From contig NC_043001.1 in assembly GCF_006345805.1 (NCBI RefSeq), positions 109,616,001 through 109,680,000 on the forward strand: a DNA stretch of 64,000 nt, given 5' to 3'. Below are positions 41,239-53,884 of the stretch, piece after piece (position 1 is the stretch's first letter; every line of letters begins with the position of its first letter). This DNA is from Octopus sinensis (lineage: Eukaryota). The position numbers and the translations under genes were made by a program. Under the pieces are notes generated by a model. The model ran no database searches. It worked only from the letters and a program-made list of their open reading frames with translations, and had not been told where the DNA came from.

Positions 41239-42069
41239 ATTTTCATAACAGTCGTTATTTTTGTGGTTCAAAAATTACGGTCTATGACTTCAACCAGTGT
41301 TCAGCTGGTACTTAATTTATCGACGAACTATATACCTGTATGGCTGTTGAACTGTCTGTACCTATCTATTTACCTGTGTCTATGTTAATGGGTCCACCTA
41401 CTTATTTATAAGAATGCCTGTCGAATGCTATAATTCTTTCTGTCCATGTTTTATATCTATCGACTTATCTAACCATAACCTTGTATTCTTTTACTTGTTA
41501 CAATCATTTGTAAGCCTCGTACTTATTTTATCGGTCTCTTTCGCCGACCATGCTAGCTTACGGGAACAAACACACTAGCATCGGTTGTCAAACGATAGCG
41601 TCGGAGATAAACACGCACAAACACACACATACAACAAACTCAAGAAATATAAGAGAAAAACATAACATTACAAGCTCGATAGCGAACCGTAGAATTCGTC
41701 GTAGCATGTACGAATGTTTATCTTTACATATCTATGAAAATGGCGAGCTTATTCGCAATGCATTTCGGTAACAAATTGTCTAGTCGGAATAAAAATTCAG
41801 TATTGAACTATTCCGGTGAAAAATATAAATTAACAATTGAGGATAAAATCTTTAAAAGAAATTATCAGTAGTCAGCGTGAAAAACCTCGTAAGAGAAAAA
41901 ATCCGTAAATTCTTCCTCTTTGAAAATATTCACTTATATTATATTGAGGGTACTACTATTCGTAGATACCAACACGCTAAGAGGGACCAATGCGGTCAAA
42001 ACTACTAAAAATAAACAAAATTTTACCGAATGCAAAACTTCAAAACACATCATTTTAAAAAAGAATTCA

Positions 42070-42133
42070 GTTACATATCACATGTGATTTCGCATTTAAT
42101 GCAGAATATGCATTTCATGTTCATCAGTACAAC
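42070..42133 (-). ncRNA. Type-I hammerhead ribozyme (minus-strand copy)
   Basis: Same sequence as the HHR at 42514-42577, on the opposite strand. Confidence 0.78.
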
Positions 42134-42513
42134 AAACTCAAGGAATATAAGAGAAAAACATAACATTACAAGCTCGATAGCCAACCGTAGAATTCGTCGT
42201 AGCATGTACGAATGTTTATCTTTACATATCTATGAAAATGGCGGGCTTATTCGCAATGCATTTCGGTAACAAATTGTCTAGTCGGAATAAAAATTCAGTA
42301 TTGAACTATTCCGGTGAAAAATATATATTAACAATTGAGGATAAAATCTTTAAAAGAAATTATCAGTAGTCAATTTGTTACCGAAATGCATTGCAAATAA
42401 GCCCGCCATTTTCATAGATAGGTAAAGATAAACATTAGTACATGCTACGACGAATTCTACGGTTGGCTATCGAGCTTGTAATGTTATGTTTTTCTCTTAT
42501 ATTTCTTGAGTTT

Positions 42514-42577
42514 GTTGTACTGATGAACATGAAATGCATATTCTGCATTAAATGCGAAATCACATGTGATATGTAAC
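42514..42577 (+). ncRNA. Type-I hammerhead ribozyme with intact core and predicted AUA cleavage after A42571
   Basis: GTTGTA-CTGATGA-ACAT-gaa-ATGCA-tattc-TGCAT-taa-ATGC-GAAA-TCACATGTGA-TA-TGTAAC. Stem I is 6 bp with two G.U and stem III is palindromic. The first pair of stem II is A.C rather than G-C. Confidence 0.78.
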
Positions 42578-42816
42578 TGAATTCTTTTTTAAAATGATGT
42601 GTTTTGAAGTTTTGCATTCGGTAAAATTTTGTTTATTTTTAGTAGTTTTGACCGCATTGGTCCCTCTTAGCGTGTTGGTATCTACGAATAGTAGTATCCT
42701 CAATATAATATAAATGAATATTTTCAAAGAGGAAGAAGTTACGGATTTTTTCTCTTACGAGGTTTTTCACGCTGACTACTGATAATTTCTTTTAAAGATT
42801 TTATCCTTAATTGTTA

Positions 42817-42856
<40 letters not shown>

Positions 42857-43388
42857 GACGAGTTTCTTCCAGTTTCCGTCTACCACATCCACTCACAAGG
42901 TATTGGTTGGCCTGAGGCTATAGTAGAAAATACTTGCACTAGGTGTCACATATTGGGACTGAACCCAGAATCATGTCGTTGAGAAGTAAGCTTCTTACCT
43001 CACAGCCACGCCTACGCCTATATGAATTTTTTTATGAATTTGCACTTCATTCTGCGACTCTGTATCAATATCTTTCTATTGATGCCTGTGTATGCTCGTG
43101 GCGTCCCTTGTTAGCGTTAGCTTTTTCTTATATACGAGGTGGTATATATGTATGAGTGTATGTAGTCAGTGAATATGTGTATGTATGTATGAAAGCATTA
43201 TATGTATGTATACATGTATGCATATACACACATTTATATCAACCTCCTACACACGGATATGTCTCCAACAATAATGACACTTTGTTACATTGGGCTAAGG
43301 TCCCACATATATGAGTAAAAGACTTCACTAGGTGGTGCTATTGAGTTAGACATGGTCTGAGCCTATACTGGCCGAAACCTATCAAAGC

Positions 43389-43444
<56 letters not shown>

Positions 43445-43579
43445 ATTATTATTGAGGGAATAACATCCAAACTTACAAGGAAAAAGAATTCAATTTAGAA
43501 ATACTAAATCAAATTCCACACAATATAATATATATAAAATATTAGAAAAAACCCGCACCATTTACCAAAATATTTATAC

Positions 43580-43613
<34 letters not shown>

Positions 43614-43651
43614 GGAAACAAAGATAGATAGCTATATGCATATATGTCTGC

Positions 43652-43684
<33 letters not shown>

Positions 43685-43717
43685 TGTATAGATAGATAGA
43701 TAGATAGATAGATAGAC

Positions 43718-43795
<78 letters not shown>

Positions 43796-43977
43796 GTAGA
43801 AAGACAGAGAGAGAGAGAGATTTAAAGAGGGAGAGAGAATGAGAGAGTCATGAAGATGACGCAAACCAAAATGTATGCGTTCTGATTGCTCAAAGCCTTA
43901 TGTCGACCAAAGCCTTATGTATGACAATTTTTTACAACTGAATTGCTTATAAGAAATGATCAGTAAATTAATAAAAA

Positions 43978-44374
43978 TTCCTTTCTAGTATAGACACAAG
44001 GCCTGGGGTTTAGGGAAGGGGGATAATCGATTACATCAACCCCAGTGCGTAACTGATATTTAATTTATCGACCCTGAAAGAATGAAATGCAAAGTCGACC
44101 TCGGCGGAATTTGAACTCAGAACGTAGCGGCAGACGAAATACCTATTTCTTTACTACCCACAAGGGGATAAACACACAGAGGACAAACAAGGACAGACAA
44201 ACGGATTAAGTCGATTATATCGACCCCAGTGCGTAATTGGTACTTATTTAATTGATCCCGAAAGGATGAAAGGCAAAGTCGACCTCGGCGGAATTTGAAC
44301 TCAGAACGTAACGGCAGACGAGATACTGATAAGCGTTTCAAACGGCGTGCTAACGATTCTGCCAGCTCGCCGCC
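43978..44374 (-). mobile_element. SINE A + A' dimer
   Basis: Minus-strand junction AAAGAAATA|GGTATTTCGTCTG at 44144/44143. The terminal unit has a type-2 tail. Confidence 0.88.
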
Positions 44375-44376
44375 TC

Positions 44377-44528
44377 TCAGTTTCCGTCTACCAAATCCAC
44401 TCGCAAGGGTTTGGTCGGCCCAACGCTACAGTAGAAGATATTTGCGCAAGATGCCACGCAGTGGGACTGAACCCGTAATCTTGTGGTTGAGAAGCATGCG
44501 TCTTACCACACAGACACATTTACACCTC
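44377..44528 (-). mobile_element. SINE family B 5' half
   Basis: Reverse complement of the B head. A family A dimer abuts it. Confidence 0.78.
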
Positions 44529-44954
44529 TGCACACAGACACACAAACACACACACACACACACACATACACACATACACATAAACACACACACACTCATA
44601 CACACACACACACACATATATTTCAGTCCCTTTTTGCGCATATAATCTACTTTCGTGATCTCAAATTGAAGCTAATATCTACTCCCTGTAAATCCGTTGT
44701 ATTGTGATAGGTGCCTACAAGCCATTAAATTAAGACATAATAGATAAATAGAAAAATATTGGAGAACTAGACGAATATACGTTCGTAAAATTTAGCTCCT
44801 ATTTAATTGAACATATAAAAAATTTCATCAGATTTTATCACACTTGACAGTATGTATAAATATCATTTTACAAAATAAAGAGTAAACTTCCTAACAAAAT
44901 ATAAAGGCGTATGCGAGTTTTGTGTGAGTGGGGCCTTGGAAGAATATAGAAATA

Positions 44955-46046
44955 CTAACACACACACACACACACACATACACACACACACACACACACA
45001 CCACACACACACATGTATACATATATATGATAGTGCTTGTAAATGAAATAGTAATATTGTAATCGATACGTAATATAGATTATCAGCCTATGTTGACTTA
45101 TATTAGAGATGGAGCCGCCATTCGTTATCCAGTCTTTGCTAATCGCAAGCAGAATGAATAAACGTACAGCGTGAAACTGGAGTAGCTTGCAAATATATGT
45201 ATGGGCACACAGACATACGACAGATACAGATAGACACATACTCGCACTTACATACATACATACATACATACAAACATGCATGCATACAAACATACATACA
45301 TACGTATATACATATATACATGCATACGTACGTACGTACGTACATACGTATGTACATACATACATACATACATACATACATACGTACATGCATACATACG
45401 TACGTACATGCATACATACGTACGTACATACATACATACATAGATACGTATGTACATACATACATACATACATATATGTGTGTGTGTGTTTGTGTGTATA
45501 CGCATCTCTCTCTCTATATATATGTATGCATGTGTTTATGTATGTATGTATGTATGTATGTATGTATGTATGTATGTATGTATGTATGTATGTATGTATG
45601 TTTGTTTGTATGTTTGTTTGTATGTATGTATGTATGTGTATGTATGTATGTTTGTTGTATGTATGTATGTATGTATGTATGTTTGTTGTATGTATGTATG
45701 TATGTATGTATGTATGTATGTTTGTATGTATGTATGTATGTATGTATGTATGTATGTATGTATGTATGTATGTTTGTTTGTATGTATGTATGTATGTTTG
45801 TTTGTATGTATGTATCCTGTTTGTACATCATCGGACGGTGGTTATGCTAAGTCACCGTTTTGAAAGGTTTAATCAAATAGATCAATCCCAGTTCTAATTT
45901 TTTTTAGTATTTCTTGAAGGACGTACCCCATCGGGCTCGCTTTGTCGATCCAGCACCTGTTGTAATGTGCGGGTGAGGCACACACACGCACACACACACA
46001 CACACACACTCACACACACACACACACACAACACACACACACACAC

Positions 46047-46095
<49 letters not shown>

Positions 46096-47072
46096 GTATA
46101 CATATATATGATAGTGCTTGTAAATGAAATAGTAATATTGTAATCGATACGTAATATAGATTATCAGCCTATGTTGACTATATTAGAGATGGAGCCGCCA
46201 TTCGTTATCCAGTCTTTGCTAATCGCAAGCAGAATGAATAAACGTACAGCGTGAAACTGGAGTAGCTTGCAAATATATGTATGGGCACACAGACATACGA
46301 CAGATACAGATAGACACATACTCGCACTTACATACATACATACTACATACATACATACATACATACATACATACATACATACATACGTATATACATATAT
46401 ACATGCATACGTACGTACGTACGTACATACGTATGTACATACATACATACATACTACATACATACATACATACATACATACATACTACATACATACATAC
46501 GTACATGCATACATACGTACGTACATACATACATACATACATAGATACGTATGTACATACATACATACATACATATATGTGTGTGTGTGTTTGTGTGTAT
46601 ACGCATCTCTCTCTCTATATATATGTATGCATGTGTTTATGTATGTATGTATGTATGTATGTATGTATGTATGTATGTATGTATGTATGTATGTATGTAT
46701 GTTTGTTTGTATGTTTGTTTGTATGTATGTATGTATGTATGTATGTATGTTGTTTGTATGTATGTATGTAGTATGTATGTATGTATGTGTATGTATGTAT
46801 GTATGTATGTATGTATGTAGTATGTATGTATGTATGTTTGTTTGTATGTATGTATGTATGTTTGTTTGTATGTATGTATCCTGTTTGTACATCATCGGAC
46901 GGTGGTTATGCTAAGTCACCGTTTTGAAAGGTTTAATCAAATAGATCAATCCCAGTTCTAATTTTTTTTAGTATTTCTTGAAGGACGTACCCCATCGGGC
47001 TCGCTTTGTCGATCCAGCACCTGTTGTAATGTGCGGGTGAGGCACACACACGCACACACACACACACACACA

Positions 47073-47119
<47 letters not shown>

Positions 47120-47120
47120 A
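44955..47120. repeat. Tandem duplication of about 1.08 kb bounded by (CA)n tracts
   Basis: ATGTATACATATATATGATAGTG occurs at 45013 and 46094. The unique segments are essentially identical and differences are confined to microsatellites. Confidence 0.9.
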
Positions 47121-47130
47121 CATATATATA

Positions 47131-47292
47131 TACGACGAACTTCTACTTTCCGTCTACCAAATCCACGCACAAGGCTTTGGTTGGCCCGAGGCTATAGTAG
47201 AAGACACTTGTCCAAGGTGCCACGCAGTGGGACTGAACCCGGAACCATATCCTTGGTAAGCACGCTAATTACTACACGGCCACTCCTACGCT
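47131..47292 (-). mobile_element. SINE family B 5' half
   Basis: Reverse complement of the B head, running into (TA)/(CA)n. Confidence 0.82.
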
Positions 47293-48120
47293 TAATTATG
47301 TCTGCCCCAGGTGATATAGATAGATATAGATTTATATGAAGCACAATTTATTCGTGATCAGAAGCGTTCGTAAACCGAGGTAGTACTGTATTAAATGATT
47401 ACGAGAAAAACAGGAGATAAAGTATGAAAACTGAGGTTCTACTGTATTGATTTCAATTCATTTGATAAATTCATATTTATTTTGAGACAAAGGGACAATT
47501 CATTCTCAGAAAACAGGAACTTTGTATTGAATATTCTTTGAATTGTTTACTTGCTTTATATCATATTTTTCATATTCTACCAAGGTGGACTTTGCCTTCC
47601 TCCCTTTCGGAATCGATACAATAAGTACCAGTTGAATACTCCCCGAAATTCTGAGCCTTGTGTCAAAGTTTGAAATGAAGGGGAGTTTTAGATGTCATTT
47701 AAATTGTCTATTCTACGATTCGCGAGACGAACAAAGATTGCGTCACATAAGACTTGAGAGTTATTTATGAGCGTGTGCGAGTATATAAGTGTGTGTTTGT
47801 ATGCATGAAAGTGTGTGTGTTTGTGTACTCTGTTTATTTCCACCTTACCTATAATCGTATTGTCGTCTGACTGGTCAAACTAAGCTATCTGTCTCTATAA
47901 ATGAATTATTACTCCTTGTAAAGGTTTTGCAACCATCATATTTGTTTAATTTCCTGTCCAATATTCTTTGTGTCCTGATAAACTATTATTCATTTCAAAT
48001 TTACTGCTATTATTGGTATTTCCCACACCCTCATTACATTTTCTTTGATCTTATATTCCGACACATCTCTAAACGGTTACCGCCGAATCGGAAGTGTTTC
48101 TTCAATATGTTTCTTACCTT

Positions 48121-48555
48121 AAGGCGGCGAAATGCTTAACGGTATTTCGTCTGCGTTACGGCGAGCTGGCAGAAACCTTAGCACGCCGGGCGAAATGCTT
48201 AGCGGTATTTCATCTGCGTTACATTGTGAGTTCAAATTCCGCCAAGGTCGACATTGCCTTTCATCCTTTCGGGGTCGATAAATTAAGTAGCAGTTACGAA
48301 CTGGGGTCGATGTAATCGACTTAATACCTATGTCTGTCCTTGTTTGTTCCCTCTATGTTTAGCCCCTTGTGGGTAATAAAGAAATAGGTATTTCTTCTGT
48401 CTTTATGTTCTGAGTTCAAATTCCACCGTGGTCGACTTTGCCTTTCATCTATTCGGGGTCGATAACTTAAGGACCAGTTGCGCACTGGAGTCGAAGTTAT
48501 CGACTGGGCCCCTCACCTAAAATTTAGGTCCTTGTGCCTAGAGCAGAAATGAATA
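48121..48555 (+). mobile_element. SINE A + A' array with rearranged head
   Basis: A partial head ending GGTATTTCGTCTGCGTTAC (48141-48159), then a full type-1 unit, a junction at 48387 and a type-2 terminal unit. Confidence 0.85.
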
Positions 48556-48725
48556 TATTACTTACCCTTCCTTCTCTTCTTGTCCTCTTTCAATTATAGG
48601 AGCCTTATATTATTATTGCTTGCATTGTACCAACTCTACTCTTATCAAGTATAAGATCGCTAATAAAATATATATTGAGTTTACACACATAATTCATAGG
48701 GTACGTATTTTAGTGTATGTATGTG

Positions 48726-48760
<35 letters not shown>

Positions 48761-48830
48761 ATGTGCAAATTTGTATGTTTTATGAATGTGTTCTCATGCA
48801 TAGAGTTACAAATCTAGGCATGCTCATATA

Positions 48831-49140
48831 TACAGGTTGATTCAAAAGTCGGCATACATAAGAACAATTTATATTTTTTATAAGAAACAGTTGATAAGAA
48901 CAGTTTTTGTTTTATTTAACAGTCTCTATTTATGGTTACCATTGTTTCGAATACACATTGCAATACTTTACCCCCCTCATTGTGAACTCGTAATAACACC
49001 CTGGTGATACGTGTGCAAAGGATTTGGTGATGCGTTCCTTCAATTGATTTATGTCTTTTATCTTGCCGCGATACAACATGCCTTTCAAATGCCCCCAAAG
49101 ATAGAAATCAAGAGGGGTCAGATCAGGGGATCTAGGGGAT
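48831..49140 (-). mobile_element. Tc1/mariner-superfamily 3' end (transposase C-terminus + TIR)
   Basis: Minus frame PRSPDLTPLDFYLWGHLKGMLYRGKIKDINQLKERI is the motif around the last catalytic residue in DD37D/maT-like transposases. The element ends in TA-CAGGTTGATTCAAAAG. Confidence 0.85.
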
Positions 49141-49358
49141 CTTATAAGTGTTTCTTATAAAGATATAAATTTTACCTCTGTATGGAGACTATCCTTTCTG
49201 GTTTTAAGAAGCCTAATTTCTCAAGATTGGTATTTAGGCAGTGTGTTACATATCCCAGGGCCCCAATATTTGCAGGTATAAATCTGAACTTGTTATCTGG
49301 ATAGAGTAACTGCAAATTTCTATCTATCTATATGTCTATATGTCTGTCTGTATGTCTG

Positions 49359-49391
<33 letters not shown>

Positions 49392-49408
49392 GTCTGTCTG
49401 TATGTATG

Positions 49409-49491
<83 letters not shown>

Positions 49492-49528
49492 GTCTATATC
49501 TCTGTCTATCTATCTATTTATCTATCTA

Positions 49529-49599
<71 letters not shown>

Positions 49600-50858
49600 G
49601 TGTGTCTGTCTATTTATATATCTATCTCGTTCTCTCTCTCTTTCCCTATATGTGTGTGTGTGTAAAATTTTTATAAACATATACATATATAAAACCCACA
49701 TATAGTGTGTATATTTGTATGTCTTTGAAATGATACTGTATATATATAACTCTTTACTTATTTCAATTACCAGTATCTCTTCATTTGTGAATATCCTAAC
49801 ACGAACTCAGCAAATGTTAAATAGTTTTCTTTTCTTTTTCTTGTTAATCTTTGACATATAATCACAATATAAGGAAATCACGATTTCATTACAATGATAT
49901 TATGAAGTAATTAATATATCTCGTCCACGTGTTTCATGCCAAATAAAACTATACATTTTCCCATATCTGAAGAGATACATTACATGTAACTAGCAAACGA
50001 AGCTTGTCACCGCCTTCTTGTTGTGACTTCCGTGTGACGATATCTGGTTATATATCTTGACATTGTAAATAATACCCGAGACTAGAAGACTGCATAGACG
50101 TGGCATTGAGGACTTCATGATAAACATAATTAAGTTAAAGCATGTGTGAGCCAACCCGTGACATTGTTATTTGGAGCTGTTTTAAATTGTTGCAAAATAG
50201 CTCTCAGGTAACACATTATCATCCCTTTTATCGATATATTAGAAAATACGTTCTTGAAAGAAAATATTAAGATCCCTCCCGCCCCAAAAAATGTGAAGGG
50301 GCAAGCCGAACGGTTGTGATGGAACGAAACGCATGTCTCCGTAGCTCTGCTCTTTACCTGTGACGCAACACACTATCTTTACCAATGCAACCACCACCTC
50401 CACCGCCACCACCACCACCACTGCCACAACCGCCAACACCACTACCGCCGCCGCCGCCACCACCACCACCCCTGCGGTCGGCGCCGCCGCCACTGTCAAT
50501 AGAATGATAGGCGAAACGGTGATTTGGTTTTCAATGCACGACTATATGTATGGCCATAGTTGATCGAATTACAGAATTTTATTTACGCATGTTAAATAAA
50601 ATACGAGACCAACCTACATCATGTAAACGAAAACTACAAAACAACAAAAAAATCCTGCTCTGATTTTTGTACGAGCAATGGTGACATAAAATATTACAGT
50701 GCCATTACTCTCCTTTAATTTGAATTGAAATATAATTGATAAGAAATAGAACTTTTTACAACAAAGCCTTATTCATTCTTATCATTCGTATGAGCATCGG
50801 ACAAAAACTTAATAATGGTATGTACCACTGTGGTGGTGATGTTGGTAGGAATTTTTAA

Positions 50859-51164
50859 TCCCTTACCCGGCAGAAACGGATATATGCGTTTTGACCGAAA
50901 TCGTTTTTTCCTATCTCTGGCGAGGTAACTCGTCAAAAGATAGACTCACCAAAATCGACAGCAAACGAGTTCCTTCGTCTAAAAATGGGTTAACTCGTTT
51001 CTGCCCAAAGCGGTAATTTAAAATCAATATTATTGAATTAAAATTCATAATAAATAAGGTTTGAAATATACCTCGAAATCACCATTAAAAACATAGTAAA
51101 ATAAAACAATTAAAAAATGTCTGGAAAAATACATTTATTTTCAAAATAATTGTTGGGTAAGGGG
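50859..51164. mobile_element. piggyBac-like MITE (306 bp)
   Basis: TTAA lies on both sides (50855-58 and 51165-68). The termini TCCCTTACCCGGCA and TGTTGGGTAAGGGG are imperfect inverted repeats. No ORF. Confidence 0.65.
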
Positions 51165-52178
51165 TTAATGTTGTAATGTGGGTGAATTTCGGTTATCTAC
51201 CGTTATATTTATCTATGCAAAAAAATGGATTTATACTGCTTCATGCTAGCATATAACATAGTGTAAGAACATAATCAAAATTGGTGAAACCGTGTTCGTA
51301 TGTTGAGATTTGCTTTGAATGAATGTAAATGCAGCTTCGAAATCACTTCTGAGGTGTAGCTTATCTTGGGCAAGTATCTTTTTGCTTACACTTTGAGTTG
51401 ACTGATATCGTGTGTGTGAGAATAGGCGGGTGAAATCTCTGTGGTAGTTTGTTAATGGGATCACTTATGGTTGTGAGCACCCGCGTTACTTTCTGTGTGT
51501 GTGTATGTGTGTGTATTTGCGTGTTTGTGTGTGTTTATTTGCGTGCTTGTGTGTGTATATATATGTGTGTGTGTGTATGTGTGTAAGGTTTATTCTGTCA
51601 TTCGATTTAGCATCACAATCTGGCCCTTGGGGCCCTTATACCTAGCATTGAGGTCAGATCTCTGATCGAAGGATAACTGCCATCTTTTATGTTTTCAACC
51701 TTTGGCGATCATTAAAAATATTTTGGATCTTAATCCTTAATCTAACCCTAATCCACAAAAAGAAATAAAATACAAATCTATGAATGACTCTAAATTATTA
51801 GGTGATCTTGTGTTCCATACTTCCAGTATAAATGGTGTGTAAAGATGTATAAACTCTGCAATACTTCATTTCTTTGATGATGTTACCAAGAACTCGGTTT
51901 GATCCACCAGGAATTAAAGAATTCTTCAATTAATTCCCGAAATTGGTATGCTATGGCTGCATTAATTATCGATAATGTGGTTGTTGATGCTGCTGTTGTA
52001 TAACATCCAAATCGTTTTGGATTAACCATACATAAAATTATATTACAGTTCTATACTTAAGAGATGAGGAATTATGTACGTTATCTACATTGTTTGCATC
52101 CCCAAGATTCAGAGTTCGATTCCAGGCAGTGACCTGAATAATAATAATGATAATAATAATAATAATAATAATATAATG

Positions 52179-52221
<43 letters not shown>

Positions 52222-52258
52222 CAACAACAACAACAACAGCAACAGCAACAACAACAAC

Positions 52259-52290
<32 letters not shown>

Positions 52291-52336
52291 CAGCAGCAGC
52301 AGCAGCAGAAAAAAGAAGAGAGCCATTGTTATCAAG

Positions 52337-52377
52337 TGAACGATATTTCGGCATCTAGGGTGTCTTCCACAGGTTCA
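52337..52377 (-). ncRNA. Minimal hammerhead-like motif, CUGUGGA core variant
   Basis: Minus strand TGAAC-CTGTGGA-A-gacaccctagatgcc-GAAA-TA-TC-GTTCA. Stem I is a perfect 5 bp, stem III is palindromic AUAU and the site is AUC. Stem II is weak. An inverted remnant (GGTA-attaga-TACC-GAAATATCGTTC) lies at 52430-52455. Confidence 0.5.
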
Positions 52378-52574
52378 AAAAATAAATTTGTCAATCTACT
52401 TTATTTTTGATAATATTTTATAGGATTGAGGTAATTAGATACCGAAATATCGTTCTTTTGATAACAATGGCACTCTTCTTAACAATAATAATAATAATAA
52501 TAATAATAATATAATAATATAATAATAATAATAATAATAATGATGATGATGATAATAACAACTACAACATCCAA

Positions 52575-52621
52575 GACACCTGATGAAGGCTGGAGGTGTA
52601 TATGAGCCGAAACGTTGTGTT
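52575..52621 (+). ncRNA. Minimal type-I hammerhead ribozyme with intact core and predicted GUU cleavage after T52616
   Basis: GACAC-CTGATGA-A-GGCT-ggaggtgtatatg-AGCC-GAAA-CG-TT-GTGTT. Stem I is 5 bp, stem II is 4 bp and stem III is palindromic ACGU. Confidence 0.8.
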
Positions 52622-53247
52622 AACAACAAACAAGATGAGGACAAATATCTGTCAAATGTAAATAATGTATAAAATCATATGTATTTCAACGATGAACCCT
52701 CCACATTTTCTTTCATACATTGTGTACACCTGACTATATACTACGTTACTTTTTGTTAGTTTTTAACGGGATGGAGTAGCTTCGCGGTGTTTTCCTTGCT
52801 ATTTTGTGTGCCTACAGAGAAACACATTATATGGCAGACAATAAACACTTGCATATACCCTGTATGCTATTGATTCATTTGGTTTTAAAAATCAATTGTC
52901 GTTAATATTTCTCCTTTAACTTCATGTCTCTGATACTCTTAGAAGTAGTAAAAATACACGATATACATGAATGTTTGGCAGGTAAGATACTACTTTTACA
53001 ACAGCATTAAATACGCTATCAGGGAAGCGTATTTACTGCTGTCTTTACATAACTGGTTAGTGGCTTCCTTTATATTCACTAGCAATCCCGTACCGTAATT
53101 AATAGCTGTTAATACGATAATATCAGGGTAATTTAGAATTGACTGTAACTGTTTATAGCTCCCAAATAGCAAATTCCAACAAATATTGCTAATCAATAAC
53201 CATCATAACTATTATTATTAATATTATTATTATTATTATTATTATTA

Positions 53248-53286
<39 letters not shown>

Positions 53287-53290
53287 CTGC

Positions 53291-53865
53291 AGGGCAGAAT
53301 TGTTAGCGCGTTGGACTAAATGCTTAGCGGTATTTCGCTCATCGCTACGTTCTGAGTTCAAATTCCGCCGAGGGTGACTTTGCCTTTCATCGTTTCGGGG
53401 TCGATAAATTAAGTACCAGTTAAGCACTGGGGTTGATGTAATCGACTTAATCCGTTTGTCTGTCCTTGTTTGTCCCCTCTGTATTTAGCTCCTTGTGGGT
53501 AGTAAAGAAATAGGTATTTCGTCTGCCGTTACGTTCTGAGCTCAAATTCCGCCGAGGGTGACTTTGCCCTACATCGTTTCGAGGGCGATAAATTAAGTAC
53601 CAGTTACGCACTGGGGTTGATGTAATTGACATAATCCGTTTGTCTGTCCTTGTTTGTCCCCTCTGTATTTAGCCCCTTCTGGGTAGTAAAGAAATAGGTA
53701 TTTCGTCTGCCGCTACGTTCTGAGTTCAAATTCCGGTGCGGTCGACTTTGCCTTTCATCATTTCGGGGTCGATAAAATAAGTACCAATTGAATATTGGGG
53801 TCGATGTAATCGACCCATCCACTCCCCCACAATTGCTCCCTTTGTGGCAAAATTTAATGCCATTA
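53291..53865 (+). mobile_element. SINE A-A-A' trimer
   Basis: Junctions AAAGAAATA|GGTATTTCGTCTG at 53513 and 53697. The last unit has a type-2 tail. Confidence 0.9.
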
Positions 53866-53884
53866 CTACTATTGTTATTCGTTC

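Larger units (their letters stand above)
41630..42824. mobile_element. Penelope/retrozyme-like non-coding element: 498-bp unit x1.5 in tandem plus a 453-bp inverted copy
   Basis: TACAACAAACTC occurs at 41630 and 42128 (period 498). The inversion breakpoint is at 42371/42372. 42372-42824 is the reverse complement of 41823-42275 with about 9 mismatches. There is one HHR per unit and no meaningful ORF. Confidence 0.85.
41506..43019 (-). mobile_element. SINE family B split in its microsatellite by a 1.2-kb insertion
   Basis: The 3' half is at 41506-41629 and the 5' half at about 42825-43019, both on the minus strand. The insert starts in the (CA)n tract and ends in the (TA)n tract. Confidence 0.8.
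52044..52672 (+). mobile_element. tRNA-headed HHR-SINE (family H1) with inverted 3'-terminal segment and a nested insertion in its microsatellite
   Basis: 52044-52099 is an inverted tail, 52100-52140 a truncated head with B box, then a compound triplet microsatellite with an insert (52313-52480), the HHR at 52575-52621 and a tail to about 52670. Confidence 0.78.

Noticed and set aside
43340-43390. GGCC-GAAAC motif reminiscent of a PLE hammerhead 3' half
   Set aside because: There is no CUGANGA at the right position and no stem I.
50364-50506. Poly-proline frame (PPPPPPPPPPLP..., formin FH1-like) with third-position variation
   Set aside because: A stop lies just upstream, there is no splice acceptor in the open stretch and no good donor. 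It is best explained as a mixed (CCA/CCG)n microsatellite.
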